Below are positions 27,242 to 41,032 of a stretch of DNA of 64,000 bases, one piece after another. The translations under genes and the position numbers were made by a program. The notes beneath the pieces are model-generated. The model was not told where the DNA came from and ran no database searches. It saw only the letters and a list, made by a program, of their open reading frames with translations. The stretch is taken from the NCBI GenBank assembly GCA_964016885.1, contig OZ024754.1, positions 930,001 to 994,000 on the forward strand, in the 5' to 3' direction. Each line of letters starts with the position of its first letter. Positions within the stretch are counted from its first letter, which is position 1. Origin of the DNA: Eledone cirrhosa. Its lineage: Eukaryota.

Positions 27242-27895
27242 TAGCTGGTCCGTCCGGCTGGCGTTCGGCTAGGTATACCGGCATTTTATCTTTTCAGGAA
27301 TCCCCCCTCCATTCCAGTGCAAAGATACCGCACGCCCTCTCAAGTCAGTGAGGTGTGTGTGTGTGTGGGGGGGGGGGGAGTTAACCAGCCAGTACGTTAA
27401 AGATAATTGATAGTTACAACAATAAAGGCTGAACAGAGAACAACTTTTTTAACAAACCTTACAATAATTTGTACAACCATAATGGAAATTCCAAGTAACA
27501 GAAAATACATAAATTACATTGTTAGAGCCTCAGAGTATACAATATTTTTTGTTCGGCCCTCGGGAGCAAAGATGAAGAGATTGTTTGGCGAGCTAACCCT
27601 AGAGCATCCTACATACAATTGACCATGGGAGAAGCATGGTTTTCCCAGATGAAGGCCAGCCACTTTTAGGGTTTGACCCTGAGCTTTGATGATGGTAAAC
27701 GCGAAGCTTAGTCTCTCTGTTGCTCTAGTAACATTTTTTCTTCTGGAAAATCTGATCTTGCGTCCAGGCTGGGACCTTTTGGGTGGCATACCGGCAGTAA
27801 CAATGACGATAAGCCGTCTGTGCTTTCGTGAAATAAATACGTTTGTTTATATTTTGTTTTTGTGTATGCAAAAATATCTGTACACGAATATATAA
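27241..27895 (-). mobile_element. Internally deleted Helitron
   Basis: Pif1 helicase C-terminus RLSFAFTIIKAQGQTL..G..L..PCFSHGQLYVGCSRV...TKNIVY.EAL. The minus-strand 3' terminus is CTAG followed by T at 27241, and both ends lie in (TA)n. Confidence 0.9.
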
Positions 27896-28206
27896 TTATA
27901 TATATATATATATATTAAAATAACAGATTAAAGTTTAAGCAAAGAATCGCCGCTTTCACCCTTAACGGGATCTTCTGAAACTAAAAAAAATCAATCTTCT
28001 TCACAGCCTAGGTTTGACCCAAACATTAGGAGTGACACAGCTACACAGAGACTGTGTGGAAGGCCATTGGATAGATTGTGTCCACAATTGAAAGAGCCAG
28101 ACTTGTCCCATGTTATGTCATGTTCAATTTGCCTGAGAATTACGTTAGCGTGGTTCACGTTTTTGCGGAATACTCAACCGTTAACATGCTAATTCAAGAG
28201 TTGGTC

Positions 28207-28520
28207 GTTCAATTGGTTGAACATCAGAATGCTCATATTTGGAAGCGACGGAAGATCCATCATTATCATCTCTCAATTTCTCTCTTTCTCTTTCTTTCCT
28301 CCCCCTTTTCTCTCCTCCTTTCTCCCTTCTAATTAATGTAGTGTTCGGTCTGAAGTTTCAGTCTTGTTCAATTGGTTGAACAACAGAATGCTCATCTTTG
28401 GAAGCGACGGAAGATCCATCATCATCGTCTCTCAATTTATCCCCCCCCCCCACACACCTTCTCTCCCCCTTTCTCATTCTCTATAATTAATGTTGTGTTC
28501 GGTCTGAAATTTCCGTCTTC
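28207..28520. repeat. About 159-bp tandem duplication
   Basis: gttcaattggttgaaca...ggaagcgacggaagatccatca...gtgttcggtctgaa is present twice. Confidence 0.85.
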
Positions 28521-29026
28521 TCGTCTTCACAGTAAAATAATTCGTCTCACTTAGTGAAATATTTGTGATAATGTTGAATAAATTGTTAACTTGGTATTGG
28601 GTTTATCTAATTTATCACCCTGACAGATTCTCCACTTGCTATAGAGTAACTAAACATGCCAGTTAATTTAAATTCAACTTGGTTTATTACATGGTTTAGA
28701 AATATATTCTAGATTACAAATATTCTCTCACAATAAATCATATCGTCTCGACTCAGTAAATAATCCAATCGAAACAGAGAAAGAAACTCATGCCAGGCAT
28801 CTTGATCCGCCATCACTTCGATTTTCCGATATAGACTACAAACTGATGTCTTTTTTTTAATAAACTTAGGGATTTGTCTTCTTCAGTTAGTTCTCCCATG
28901 TATTGGCTGGCACAGTACCAGATGAAGCCAGTTATTCAGGATGTCTCACAGCGCCCTGCTAATTGCAATCTTCATTGAGCTGCCAAAGTTGACTGAAAAG
29001 ATAGCTAAGCAAACGAAAGCAATGCC

Positions 29027-29803
29027 TTAATTTAATTGTTTCTACTTTAGGCACAAGGCCAGCAATTACCAAGTGCATTACTGGTACTTTATTTTATCGA
29101 CCCCGTAAGGATGAAAAGCAAAGTCAACCTCGGCGGGATTTGAACTCAGATCGTAAAGGGACGTAACTATGCTGGAAAGCATGGCGTCCGACCCTCTACC
29201 GATACTGCCAATCCACCGCCTTAATTTAATTGTTTCTACTTTAGGCACAAGGCCAGCAATTACCAAGTGCATTACTGGTACTTTATTTTATCGACCCCGT
29301 AAGGATGAAAAGCAAAGTCAACCTCGGCGGGATTTGAACTCGGATCGTAAAGGGACGTAACTATGCTGGAAAGCATGGCGTCCGACCCTCTACCGATACT
29401 GCCAATCCACCGCCTTAATTTAATTGTTTCTACTTTAGGCACAAGGCCAGCAATTACCAAGTGCATTACTGGTACTTTATTTTATCGACCCCGTAAGGAT
29501 GAAAAGCAAGGTCAACCTCGGCGGGATTTGAACTCGGATCGTAAAGGGACGTAACTATGCTGGAAAGCATGGCGTCCGACCCTCTACCGATACTGCCAAT
29601 CCACCGCCTTAATTTAATTGTTTCTACTTTAGGCACAAGGCCAGCAATTACCCAGTGCATTACTGGTACTTTATTTTATCGACCCCGTAAGGATGAAAAG
29701 CAAAGTCAACTTCGGCGGGATTTGAACTCGGATCGTAAAGGGACGTAACTATGCTGGAAAGCATGGCGTCCGACCCTCTGCCAATCCACCGCCTTAATTT
29801 AAT
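29027..29803 (-). repeat. Head-to-tail array of four full-length OK-like SINEs (194-bp period)
   Basis: ttaatttaat junction at 29027, 29221, 29415, 29609 and 29794. Units are nearly identical, and the last is 9 nt shorter. Confidence 0.96.
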
Positions 29804-30963
29804 ATTAATCAAAATGTAATTTGTTGTTGTATCTGCTTAGATCCTAATCAAACACACCTGTAATCACAGGTATTCCATATATGACCATCCCAACTAGATG
29901 TTTATCAGTGCTAAGGGTGTTGGACTTACGACCATAATGTTGTAGGTTCGATTCCTGGTTTGCGTGTTGTGCTCTTGACCAAAACACTTCATTTCACGTT
30001 GCCCCAGTATACTCAGCTAACAACGAGTACCAGCAATAGCTGGAGGGTTAACCCTGCGATAGACTGGCGTCCTGTCCAGTGGGGAATCTTGTACTCTCAG
30101 CCGCTTCACGCCATGAAACCGGGATAAGCATGGGCCTGATGAGCCGTTTGGTTTGAGACATACTTTAGATTTAGATTTCATACATGACCATCCCAACTAC
30201 ATATTTATCAAACACACCTATGATAAAAGGTATTTCATATATGACCATCCCCAAATTTTTCTTACATACTCTACCTTTAACAATATTATTCAATGTGTCA
30301 ATGTTTTAAGAAGGTAGGTTGTGGTTTGAGGGAGATGTGGTTGCTATTCCAGCAGGTGAAGTAACCCTGTATGCATAAACTTGACTTACTCTTGGTATGA
30401 CTAAAGTATCCTCTCTACCTTATGTTGACTAAATAACAACACGATAATAATAATAATAATTCTTTCTAATATTGGCACAAGGCCAGCAATTTGGGGAAAA
30501 GGAGTAAGTCAATTATATCGCACCCAGTGCGTTACTGGTATTTTATTTCATCTACCCCGGAAGGGTGAAAAGTAAAACTTAACATCGACGGGATTTGAAC
30601 TCAGAACGTAAAATGCCACGAAGCATGGTGTCCGACGCTCTACCAATACTGACAAATAATAATGCTTTCTAACAATTAAGTTCTCTGGGTTGAACTTCCC
30701 AGAATCCAATCTCAATAACAGTTCCCAACACTCATTTTATCATTTCAATATTATTTCTCAAGGGGTAGATTGTTTCAGTAGCAGAGGAAGTAAAATGATT
30801 TCGCCAGGCCGTGTAATGTTCATTACGTTTACTAATGAGATTCACCGGTGACAGATCCTTATCCGGGGACAGACATAAAGACTCAAGACATAAACTGTAC
30901 GATTTATAACTTTGTGTACTCTATCACTTGATATATCTCGTGGTGAGACGGTTCTTACACCAA

Positions 30964-30998
30964 TCTCTCTCTCTCTCTCTCTCCCCTTCTCTCTCTCC

Positions 30999-31033
<35 letters not shown>

Positions 31034-31323
31034 CTTCTCTCTCTCTCTCTCTCTCCTTCTCTCTCTCCTTCTCTCTCTCCTTCTCTCTCTCTCTATATCT
31101 ATATATATATATCTATCTATATATATATATATATCTATCTATATATATATATATATCTCTCTATATATATATCTATATATATATCTATATATATATATAT
31201 ATATCTATATATATATATATATCTATATATATATCTATATATATATATATATCTATATATATATCTATATATATATATATATATATATATCTATATCTAT
31301 ATATCTATATATATATCTATATA

Positions 31324-31358
<35 letters not shown>

Positions 31359-31369
31359 ATATATATATA

Positions 31370-31404
<35 letters not shown>

Positions 31405-31443
31405 ATATATATATATCTATATATATATATCTATATATATATA

Positions 31444-31478
<35 letters not shown>

Positions 31479-32061
31479 ATATATATATATATCTATATAT
31501 ATATCTATATATATATCTATATCTATATCTATATATATATCTATATATATATCTATATATATATATATATCTATATATATATATATATATATATATATAA
31601 TCTATATATATATCTATATATATATATATATATAATCTATATATATATATATATATATATATAATCTATATATATATATATATATATATATAATCTATAT
31701 ATATATATATATATATATATATAATCTATATATATATATCTATATATATATATATATCTATATATATATATATATATATCTATATATATATATATATATA
31801 TCTATATATATATCTATATATATATCTATATATATATATATATATATATATATCTATATCTATATATATATATATCTATATATATATATATATCTATATA
31901 TATATCTATATATATATCTATATATATATATCTATATATATATCTATATATATATATATATCTATATATATATCTATATATATATCTATATATATATCTA
32001 TATATATATATATATCTATATATATATCTATATATATCTATATATATCTATATATATATAT
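30964..32061. repeat. About 1.1-kb compound (TC)n/(TA)n microsatellite
   Basis: Direct inspection. The ORFs called here are spurious. Confidence 0.98.
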
Positions 32062-32150
32062 GTAGGAGGTGAGTTTTATTGTAGTACAATAAAGCAATGC
32101 AGATATCGGATAAGAAGCACTCTACAGTTTGTAGGACTGGAGTATACATA

Positions 32151-32491
32151 ATATATAAGATCAAAAGATGGTTAAAAGAGTTCCATGTATTTTATTATGC
32201 GCATTTCAAAAACAAATATCATCATGCAATAACATTTGTGTTTTCATCAGATAAAATAGGAAGACATGATATGAAGGTTAAAAAACACTTGTGGATAGTG
32301 CAGTTTTAAATCAACATATCATAATCAACATATATGTTGATTTAAAACTGCACTATCCACAAGTGTTTTTTAACCTTCATATCATGTCTTCCTATTTTAT
32401 CTGATGAAAACACAAATGTTATTGCATAATGATATTTGTTTTTGAAATGCGCATAATAAAATACATGGAACTCTTTTAACCATCTTTTGAT

Positions 32492-32500
<9 letters not shown>
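32151..32500. repeat. Fold-back palindrome, about 170-bp arms, with two outward hammerheads
   Basis: Arms nearly identical. The centre atcaacatatatgttgat has a short extra duplication on the left. Confidence 0.95.
32393..32463 (+). ncRNA. Canonical type I hammerhead ribozyme (mirror copy 32188-32258 on -)
   Basis: UAUUUUAU-CUGAUGA-16-bp stem II-GAAA-UGCGCA-UA-AUAAAAUA. 8-bp stem I, intact core, palindromic stem III. Confidence 0.85.
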
Positions 32501-32541
<41 letters not shown>

Positions 32542-32543
<2 letters not shown>

Positions 32544-32633
32544 GACTGCCCCCTCGTTATCGAATATGACCATTGCACGAAAAAAAATAATAACGACAAT
32601 AATAATAACAACAATAATAATAACAACAATAAT

Positions 32634-32696
<63 letters not shown>

Positions 32697-33345
32697 AACA
32701 AACAAACAAACAAACAAACAAACAAACAAACAAACAAACAAACAAACAAACAAACAAACAAACAACATCGCTGCGATCGAATGTGGCTTGTTAGCCCAGC
32801 CAATGATCTAAAATATCTTTCACAGAGTTAGCCACCAAAACATTCACTGGGAATAGCCGGTTGTGGCTGGAGTTCATGTACTTTTGCATGTCGTTTGGGC
32901 CCTCCTGCTGATTTACATTCTCTACCTCATGCTTGGCAAGCATGATGAGTAGCATCTCCAACAGCAGCCTGGTAGTCAACCACTGGTCTTACTTTATGAC
33001 TGCGAAGATGACTTTCGAGTCCAGCTTTGCTTAGGTAGAGTCTCGCACAGACGCTGCATGTCAGCGCCATAGAAGGACCTTCGCTGTCTAGAAATGCAGC
33101 AGTAATGCCTTTCCTCACATCCCTCTTTACTTTCTCGTATGCGATTCGAGATGCCTCAGAGGCAACTTTCCCCTCATATACAGTCTTTCTCCATTTATTA
33201 CGATTAGCAGCAACATTTTCCCATGTATCAACAGAGATGTTAACGTCTTTCAAAGAGGCTTTCAGCGAATCCTTATACCTCTTTTTTGGTTCATGTGGAG
33301 GTCGTTTTCCTTTAACTAACTCTCCATAAAAGAGTTGTTTTGGGA
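32542..33345 (-). mobile_element. RTE-clade LINE 3' portion (interrupted by microsatellites)
   Basis: LPKQLFYGEL..GKR....KKRYKDSLKASLK...W...A.NR..WR and a C2H2-like CSVCAR...GLESHLRSH. Confidence 0.88.
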
Positions 33346-34003
33346 GCACGTCCTTTCCACAAAAAGCGGAAGAGAAGGCGCTCCATTTTGGTCAGAGTTG
33401 GGCGGGGGCAAGGTACGACGGTCAGGCGGTAGCAGATGATGGAAGCTATGTACGCATTCGCCACCTCCGCCCGACCTTTCAGAGACAGCCTCTTCTCGGC
33501 CCATTTCTGGGTGAGAGAGGCCACTCTGCTCGTCACCTCGCTCCAGTTTTTCTCCATCTGGAGGTCCGGACCGAACCAGACCCCGAGCAATTTAACCGGT
33601 CCTTCCGTCCAGCACCCCATGACGCTGTCGGACGGCATGGACTTGCCTCTCCAGGTGCCGAGTTGCAAGCCTACCGACTTTTCCTGGTTTATCTTTGCTC
33701 CTGTCACCGCTTCGTATTTCTTGAGAGCGGTGCCGAGCATCTGGACGTGTTTGGTGCTCGACACCACCATGGTGACGTCGTCGGTGTAAGCTGACCCGAA
33801 TCTCCCACATCCCAGTTCGCGTGGGACCCCCCTCATCGTCTCCAATTTGTGTAGTAAAGGCTCTAGGGCCATTACGTACAAGAGGGACGAGAGGGGGCAA
33901 CCCTAGCGGACCGACAGCATGATGCTGAAAGGCAGCGACAGGTGACCATTCACCCTCACAATCGAGCAGATGTCGCTGTGCATCGCAGCGATCCAGCCCC
34001 TAA
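33346..34003 (-). mobile_element. L1/Tx1-clade LINE RT fragment
   Basis: SVR*GCPLSPLLYVMALEPLL...AYTDDV...GAKINQEKS...KLLGVWF...LSLKGRA. Confidence 0.92.
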
Positions 34004-35233
34004 AAACGAGCAGGTGTGTTGCATTGCTGTTGAAGGGCACAAGTTTCGGGCTTACGGCAAGAGCACCCTGCTGGGGTGTTGCTCTTAGGTCTGTTGGTGA
34101 TATGGGCCTTCATGTTCTTAGCGCAGGAGTATCCTAGTTTTACTTTATGTCGGTTAAAGATGGAGCGGTATTTATGACCCATGGGAAAGTGTCTATCTAA
34201 GAGGGACAGACATTTTTTGCCTACATTGGTTTTAACGTTGAGTGAGAAGGGAGGAGAGAACCAGATAGTTTATCTATTGTTACGCTTTGTTTTCTTATTG
34301 CTGTTAGTGGGTGAGTAAGTGATAGGTTGCGAGAAGCCGCTGTTAGCTAACGCCGTGTTCAGGTTGAAGGTGTTACTGGTGCCTGTAATTTTGCCGTCAA
34401 AAGCTAGGGCTCGCCATCTTAAGCGTCTGACGACATCTTCCGCTTTTTGTAGGAGAAGACTTTGGTAAACATGGTTGGAGGGAGTGGGAATGTTCTTCAG
34501 GGAGTAACCCAGTCCGTATAAATCCATACTGACGTTGAAGAGACACAAAATTGTGTAGGACACGAGAATATAGAGAGCGCTCACGGGAGGTCAAATCCTA
34601 TGTGGGTATGGCGGAGGGCCGATTTAAGGAACGCTTCCTGAACCACCAGTCGACCTTTAGGTACCCGGACAGACGCTCATCCACGAAACTCGCGAGCCGC
34701 GTATGGTTCCTCAAGGTCTCAAGTATAGACTACTCCATTCAATGGAAAGCCATCACTAAGTCCAAGCCATACGCAAAGGGCAATCTGTCGTGTGGATTAT
34801 GTATTAATGAACGAATAAATATTCTAAAGAGATTACGCAATAGCGATTGCCTAAACTCAAGATATGAATTCTTCACACCTTGTCCACACGTCTGGAAACA
34901 CCTCTTACATAACTACAAAGCTCCCGATTGAATTACACAACATCCTAATTTTCTTATCAACTAGAAACTTTCGGACTTTCGCAGTTATCTCCCTTACACC
35001 TCTCGCACGCAATTTAGTATTGCCTGAGTGAAGTGACCGTTTCTGCGCATGCGGATTCGTACGGTTGTCCTTGCTGTTCTCCGTATAACCATGTCCATTA
35101 CGAGCTGAGGATCCGCTAAGGTGAAAAAATTGTTCTCGGTATGGTGAACTAACTGTTGTGTAACTACTTCTACCTAACTCGTCCCATGGACTGAGCGCTC
35201 TACCACTACAGATATTACCTTCCAGTGTTCTAC

Positions 35234-35240
<7 letters not shown>
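34004..35240. mobile_element. Rearranged Penelope-like element: minus-strand N-terminal and post-RT pieces, plus-strand GIY-YIG C-terminus and 3' repeat
   Basis: Minus: YSLKNIPTPS...RRLRWRA fused to IWFSPPFSLNVKTNVGK...IFNRHKVKLGYSC. Plus (34570-34931): YVGMAEGRFKERFLNHQSTF...CGLCINE..LNSR.E....CPH. Confidence 0.88.
35101..35138 (+). ncRNA. Minimal type I hammerhead downstream of the GIY-YIG ORF
   Basis: CGAG-CUGAGGA-UCC gcuaa GGU-GAAA-AAAUUG-UU-CUCG, with one mismatch in the palindromic stem III. Confidence 0.7.
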
Positions 35241-35279
<39 letters not shown>

Positions 35280-35915
35280 AGTATATATATAAAATGCGTG
35301 TATATGTATACATAATATATATGTATATATAAAATGTAATGTGTGTGCATGTGTATATGTACGTATATATGTGTGTATCTGAGTGTGTGCATTCACACAC
35401 ACATACACACAACGTATGAACGTACGTATTATAGTGTGAAGAATTAACAAATGCAACGTGATAGTATATCTTTCGATCAGATAAATGTGAGAAGAGCGAA
35501 ACAGATAAGGGACTGCTTACAGTTCTCCGTCATGAAACATTAGTGTGTCAAAGATCTTAGCGATTCAGGCAATTTGCTTGATGTTATGAAGCGACAGTTT
35601 TATTTTAGGTGGTCGTCGCTAAATGATCTATTTGGAAGTTTTAAGTAATTAATCCCTCTCGAAGCCAAGGAAATTAAATAATTCACGACTAATACCACAT
35701 CCTACACAACTACATATATTCCAAACAGCCAAAGGTAAGCCTAATTGCAAGTTTAATATCTCACTACCCCTTACGCATTTACATGTATACATACATGTAT
35801 GTATATTTACATTCTTACATACATGTATGTATACTTACATTCTTACATACATGTATGTATTCATACATTTATGGGTGCATACATGTATGTATGCATATAT
35901 GTATATATACATGTA

Positions 35916-35951
<36 letters not shown>

Positions 35952-36045
35952 TAAAGATTTACATAAACATAAGTCACAGATATATATGTGGCAACCGTTC
36001 ACGATGTGGCTCAATGAAGAATTAATAAATTAAATAATCAGAGCA

Positions 36046-36467
36046 ATATATCATAAATCATGTCCTTAGAATCATTAGATAAAATATATATACTATTTCC
36101 TCTCCCAACTAGCATAATTAACCATATAAAAAATCAATTAGACCAGGCTATAAGAATAAAGGCTCCTATGAAGAAATATTTGATAAATAACCGAAAGCAG
36201 CCTCTTCGCGGTTGACTACAATAGAGTATTTACCCAACATTTCAACAGCATCAGTTTCTACATGCTGTTGAAATGTTGGGTAAATACTCTATTGTAGTCA
36301 ACCGCGAAGAGGCTGCTTTCGGTTATTTATCAAATATTTCTTCATAGGAGCCTTTATACTTATAGCCTGGTCTAATTGATTTTTTATATGGTTAATTATG
36401 CTAGTTGGGAGAGGAAATAGTATATATATTTTATCTAATGATTCTAAGGACATGATTTATGATATAT
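36046..36467. repeat. Fold-back palindrome, 206-bp arms, 10-nt loop
   Basis: Centre ttcaacagcat-cagtttctac-atgctgttgaa. A diverged single arm occurs at about 38520-38720. Confidence 0.95.
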
Positions 36468-37555
36468 ATATAAATATGTATTCATACATATTTATGTATA
36501 AATATGTATTTATACACATGTATGTATACATCCATGAATGTATTCATACATTCATGGATGTATGTATATTTATATGTATGTATATTTATATGTATGTATA
36601 TTTATATGTATGTATATTTACATGTATGTATATTTATATGTATACATACATATATGGATGTATACTACATACATGTATGTATACACATATATATATGTAT
36701 TCATGCATATATATATATGGACTGGAGTCCAGAAATAGTTGTCGAAACGGTTTGAGCTCTGCCGTTGGGGTTAAACATTTTCCTATTACCCACTCTACTA
36801 CCCTAAGTATTGAGTACTCTGGAGCGTTATGGTCCATCTGGTTCCTTACCACACCTCCTTCGTTATATATATATATATATATATTGTTATGCTTTGGGAG
36901 GGTCATGTTGCCAATAAGAAACACACGCACCAGTTGCATTCACTTCAATTTATTAAAAAGTAAATTTATAAATTTATAAATTTCCGGTTGGTTGGTTGGT
37001 TCCACAACCAGACGATTGTTCATATATTGTCAAATTTTTTTCATCACACATTCTGTGACCTCTTCAGTGACTGGGGATTCTTTTCTTTGTTTTTGTGCCT
37101 CTCCTTTGTTCTGTCTTACGCCATCTTGTTTTTGTGTGTGTTGTGTGTATATATATATGCATACTTACATGTATGTATACATATATGTATACATACATGG
37201 ATGCATACTACATACATGTATGTATACATATATGTATATGTACATGCATATGTATATACATTCAAACATGTATAACTTTGATAAGTTTCGGCCAGCATTG
37301 GTCCAGGCTATGTCTAACTTAATAGTATCACCTGGCGAAGTCTTTCAAATCATAATTTGGACACCATGGCCAACTCATGTAAAGAGTTATTGTTTTCGGA
37401 GATATATCCGGGTGTAGCGGTATTTATCCTGAATCTCTTGGAGGAATTTGTCCAAAGACGTTTTGAATTTTATGGGATCTGTTTCTGTTTTTATGTGTTT
37501 TGGTGTGATGTAAAAGTGAGGTGAAATGATTGTGCCGTAATGCTGTTATGAGATG

Positions 37556-37598
<43 letters not shown>

Positions 37599-38078
37599 GT
37601 TAAAACAATGAAATAAAAATTCAAGTCATTAGAAATATACTTCACTGCTTTACGATCGTTTCTAGGTGATAATAATACATCGTACGCATATTTCGTTATC
37701 GATCTATGTAGGGTTAGTTACAAAATATCAGATAAGGAATATATTTACCTACATGTATATCATCCGCCGTTGTCAAAACCAATGAGAATTTTATTCAAAA
37801 TCAATAGTAAATTGAGTTCTATGACCTTATTTGGAGGTAGCTGTTATACTTGGGGAGGGTCATATTGTTGTAATAATATTGCCAGAAATAATAAGGGAAC
37901 ACACTCACTGTATCTTTTATATCTCCATAGTTATTTCATAGTTAATTCAACGGTCAGAAATACAGATATAAATACATATATATATAGTCTAACAAAGTTC
38001 TTTCGTTGAACATCTGCAACATCATCAGTGGTGCTATTATGTTTTCTCCTGTTGTATTGTATGTCTACGCCATCTTTT

Positions 38079-38132
<54 letters not shown>

Positions 38133-38719
38133 AAGAATGAAGAGTAACATGGTTGGCTGTACAATGAGGGCTTTATTTAAAGTACTGACAATTGTTTCGT
38201 TGATCAGGTGAGTCTAGATTTCACTAATCGCTTGAGGTTGCGTCATTCGATCTCCAATTCGTTATTTACCTCTGGTCAACACAGTACGTAGGTATGAAAG
38301 TAATTCACTCGAGGTAAGACTTATATAGAAAAATAGTGTATAATCAAAACATGATTTCGAAACTCGTGAATTTATCCTTGATCGGATATTTCCAAAAAGC
38401 GAATGAAACCTCGTGGGATAGAAACATAATTTTGGTATGCTTATACACATTTTTTCTTCTAACTTTGACTTTGTACCTAATTGTGTATGGTTGACGATAT
38501 ATCTAATCGATTTCCACGTGCTATTAGAAATGGTGGGTAAATATTCTATGGCTGTTGATCGCGGATAGATAGCTATCGTTTATTTATCTATTGTTTCTTC
38601 ATAGGTGCCTTTTAATCTTATAGCCTTGTTTAATTGATTTTTTGTGTGGTTGATTATGCTGATTGGGAGAGGAAATAATGTATATATTTTATCAAATGAT
38701 TCTATGGACATACTTTATC

Positions 38720-38797
<78 letters not shown>

Positions 38798-39689
38798 TTG
38801 TCGCTATGTGCATTTGTGTATGTGTGTGCGTGTGTGTGTGTGCATGTTTGTGTTTATGTCCTCGTAATATAGTAGTTCGAAAAAAAAATATCTGTAAAAT
38901 AAGTATCAGGCTTTGAACAAAAACAAAAACAAAACAAAACAAAGCTAAGTCCTGGGGTCGATGCAATTGACTAAATCGAGGTGGTGATTCAGCGTGCCCA
39001 CCGTTTGATGATTGAAACCAGTGAAAGAATAATCTTTGCTTCCAACCACCATAGAAACTTAATGTAAGTGATAGAAAAGCTAAGAATAATTTTTCTTCAA
39101 AGATAATAGATCTAACAAATATGATATAATTTACTTCCAGATTATTATGCCATTTGTGTTGCCCATTATAAATTAACTAAATCTTTGTGATTAGTATAAT
39201 CTATTTAATATATATATATATATATATATGGTCCCGTAACTCCTGATAGAGTCGTAGGGGCGCCGTATTGACATAAGGCGTTTCTTGGGCATTTTAAGCC
39301 TGGGGGAGTCCATTCCTCCCCAGGCCTGAGTACAGCAGATTTCTTCCAGAGAAATATAAAAAGGGAGAGATAGGAAATGAGAAAGAGATATAGAAGAAGA
39401 ATCTACCCCAGTACTAGGCTGGCACTTTTTTATCGATCTCGAAAGGATGAAAAGCAAAGTTGACCTCAGTGGGATTTAAACTCAGAGAGTAGAGAGCCGG
39501 AACGAATACCATAAAGCAGTGCTACTCAAAGTAGATTGTTCATAAGAGCAATCTACTGAACATATTTTTCTCTGTAAACTGAAAGCATTTAATAAGTAGA
39601 CAATATATTTGTGTTTTTTTTAATAAATAAACTCTACTACAGGTTTGTCTTACATTTGATCTTTATAACTTTAAACTAATCGCATGATG

Positions 39690-39727
<38 letters not shown>

Positions 39728-39849
39728 GAGAGCTAAGTGGTTTCGGCTTAACATATCCCTTACCCATCTCTCCATGCATTGAGTACTCCCATGATTAGTG
39801 GTCTCCTCTGTCTCAGCATCAAAGACACACACACACTATATATATATCT

Positions 39850-40055
39850 AGGGCGGGTAAAATTCCCGAGATCCATGGACGAGTTCTCTCCAGCGGTCTC
39901 TGTCCCTCATTATCGCTGCCATGTCCTGCGTCTCCAACAGACCAGTGTCTGTCCTTAGGGCATCAACATACGTTAACCTTGGTCTTCCTCTTCCAGGAGC
40001 ACTAAGTGCAATGTCAACTCTGGATGTCGGTGCGCATGTCCAGCTAACCTCAGTC
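39850..40055 (-). mobile_element. LINE 3' end fragment; same family at 57146-57370 (+)
   Basis: LAGHAHRHPELTLH...GRGRPRL.YVDALRTDTG...MRDRDRWRELVHGSREFYPP*. Confidence 0.8.
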
Positions 40056-40988
40056 TCAGTAAGAAAATCTTGATTGATTTTAAATCAGTGATATAATTTA
40101 TGGAGAAAAACTCTGCGTTTCAATATTACTCAATGTAAAATGCATGAAAAATTGGAAAACATTACTTTTTGTAATATATAAAATCAAAATTGCATTATTA
40201 AAAAACTTTCAGCGGGGGTTTGTTGCCCCGGGGAACCCTTTAATTGAAATGAAATATACTTATCCAAGTACCCTGGGAAATGTAGTTTCAGAATATATAT
40301 GGTTATGGGGTCTATCTCCGAAACCATAGGAGGAGTTCGGGAACAAACAAACAAACAGGAACTACAACTTTATATATATATACTTTATATATATATATAA
40401 CAAAGTCGTCATTTCTATATTTTGCTGAATAGGCCTGATATAATGTTGAATTAATATCTGTATACAACAACTACAACGGTACGCGATGGGGCCCACCCAC
40501 AGCCCCGGCGGACAGAATGGAGAAGACGTATATACTAACTGCTAAGCTATTTGTAAAGCTGTTGAATTTGAACATGAAACATTGCTAGAAAGTTATCAAT
40601 AATGTTTTGTTTTCATCTTTAGATTCAAATAGTTCAAATCTGTCTTTTTGTAATATAGATTTTTTTTTTTTTTTATCATTCTATAGTTAGACACAAATTG
40701 TATATATATATATCATTGAATATTTACTCCACACACACACATTATTAGCAATTGGAAAGACCAACGGAAACATTGTTTCCTCGGTCTGATTTGACGAAAG
40801 TGTATAAACATACAGTTTATACACCTTTTGCACATACATATGTGTATGCATATATATATGCATACATATGTGTATGCATATATATATGCATACATATGTG
40901 TATGCATATATATATATATATATATGCATATATATATATATATGCATATATATATATATATGCATATATATATATGTATGCATATTTA

Positions 40989-41032
<44 letters not shown>

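Noticed and set aside
29078-29748. Repeated 63-64 aa ORFs
   Set aside because: They are translations of the non-coding SINE array.
30722-30766. Minus-strand CCC-UUGAGAA...GAAA...UU-GGG motif
   Set aside because: Stems II and III do not pair convincingly.
30912-31664. Long ORFs rich in YI/SL/HT/CV (here and throughout the window)
   Set aside because: They are translations of dinucleotide microsatellites.
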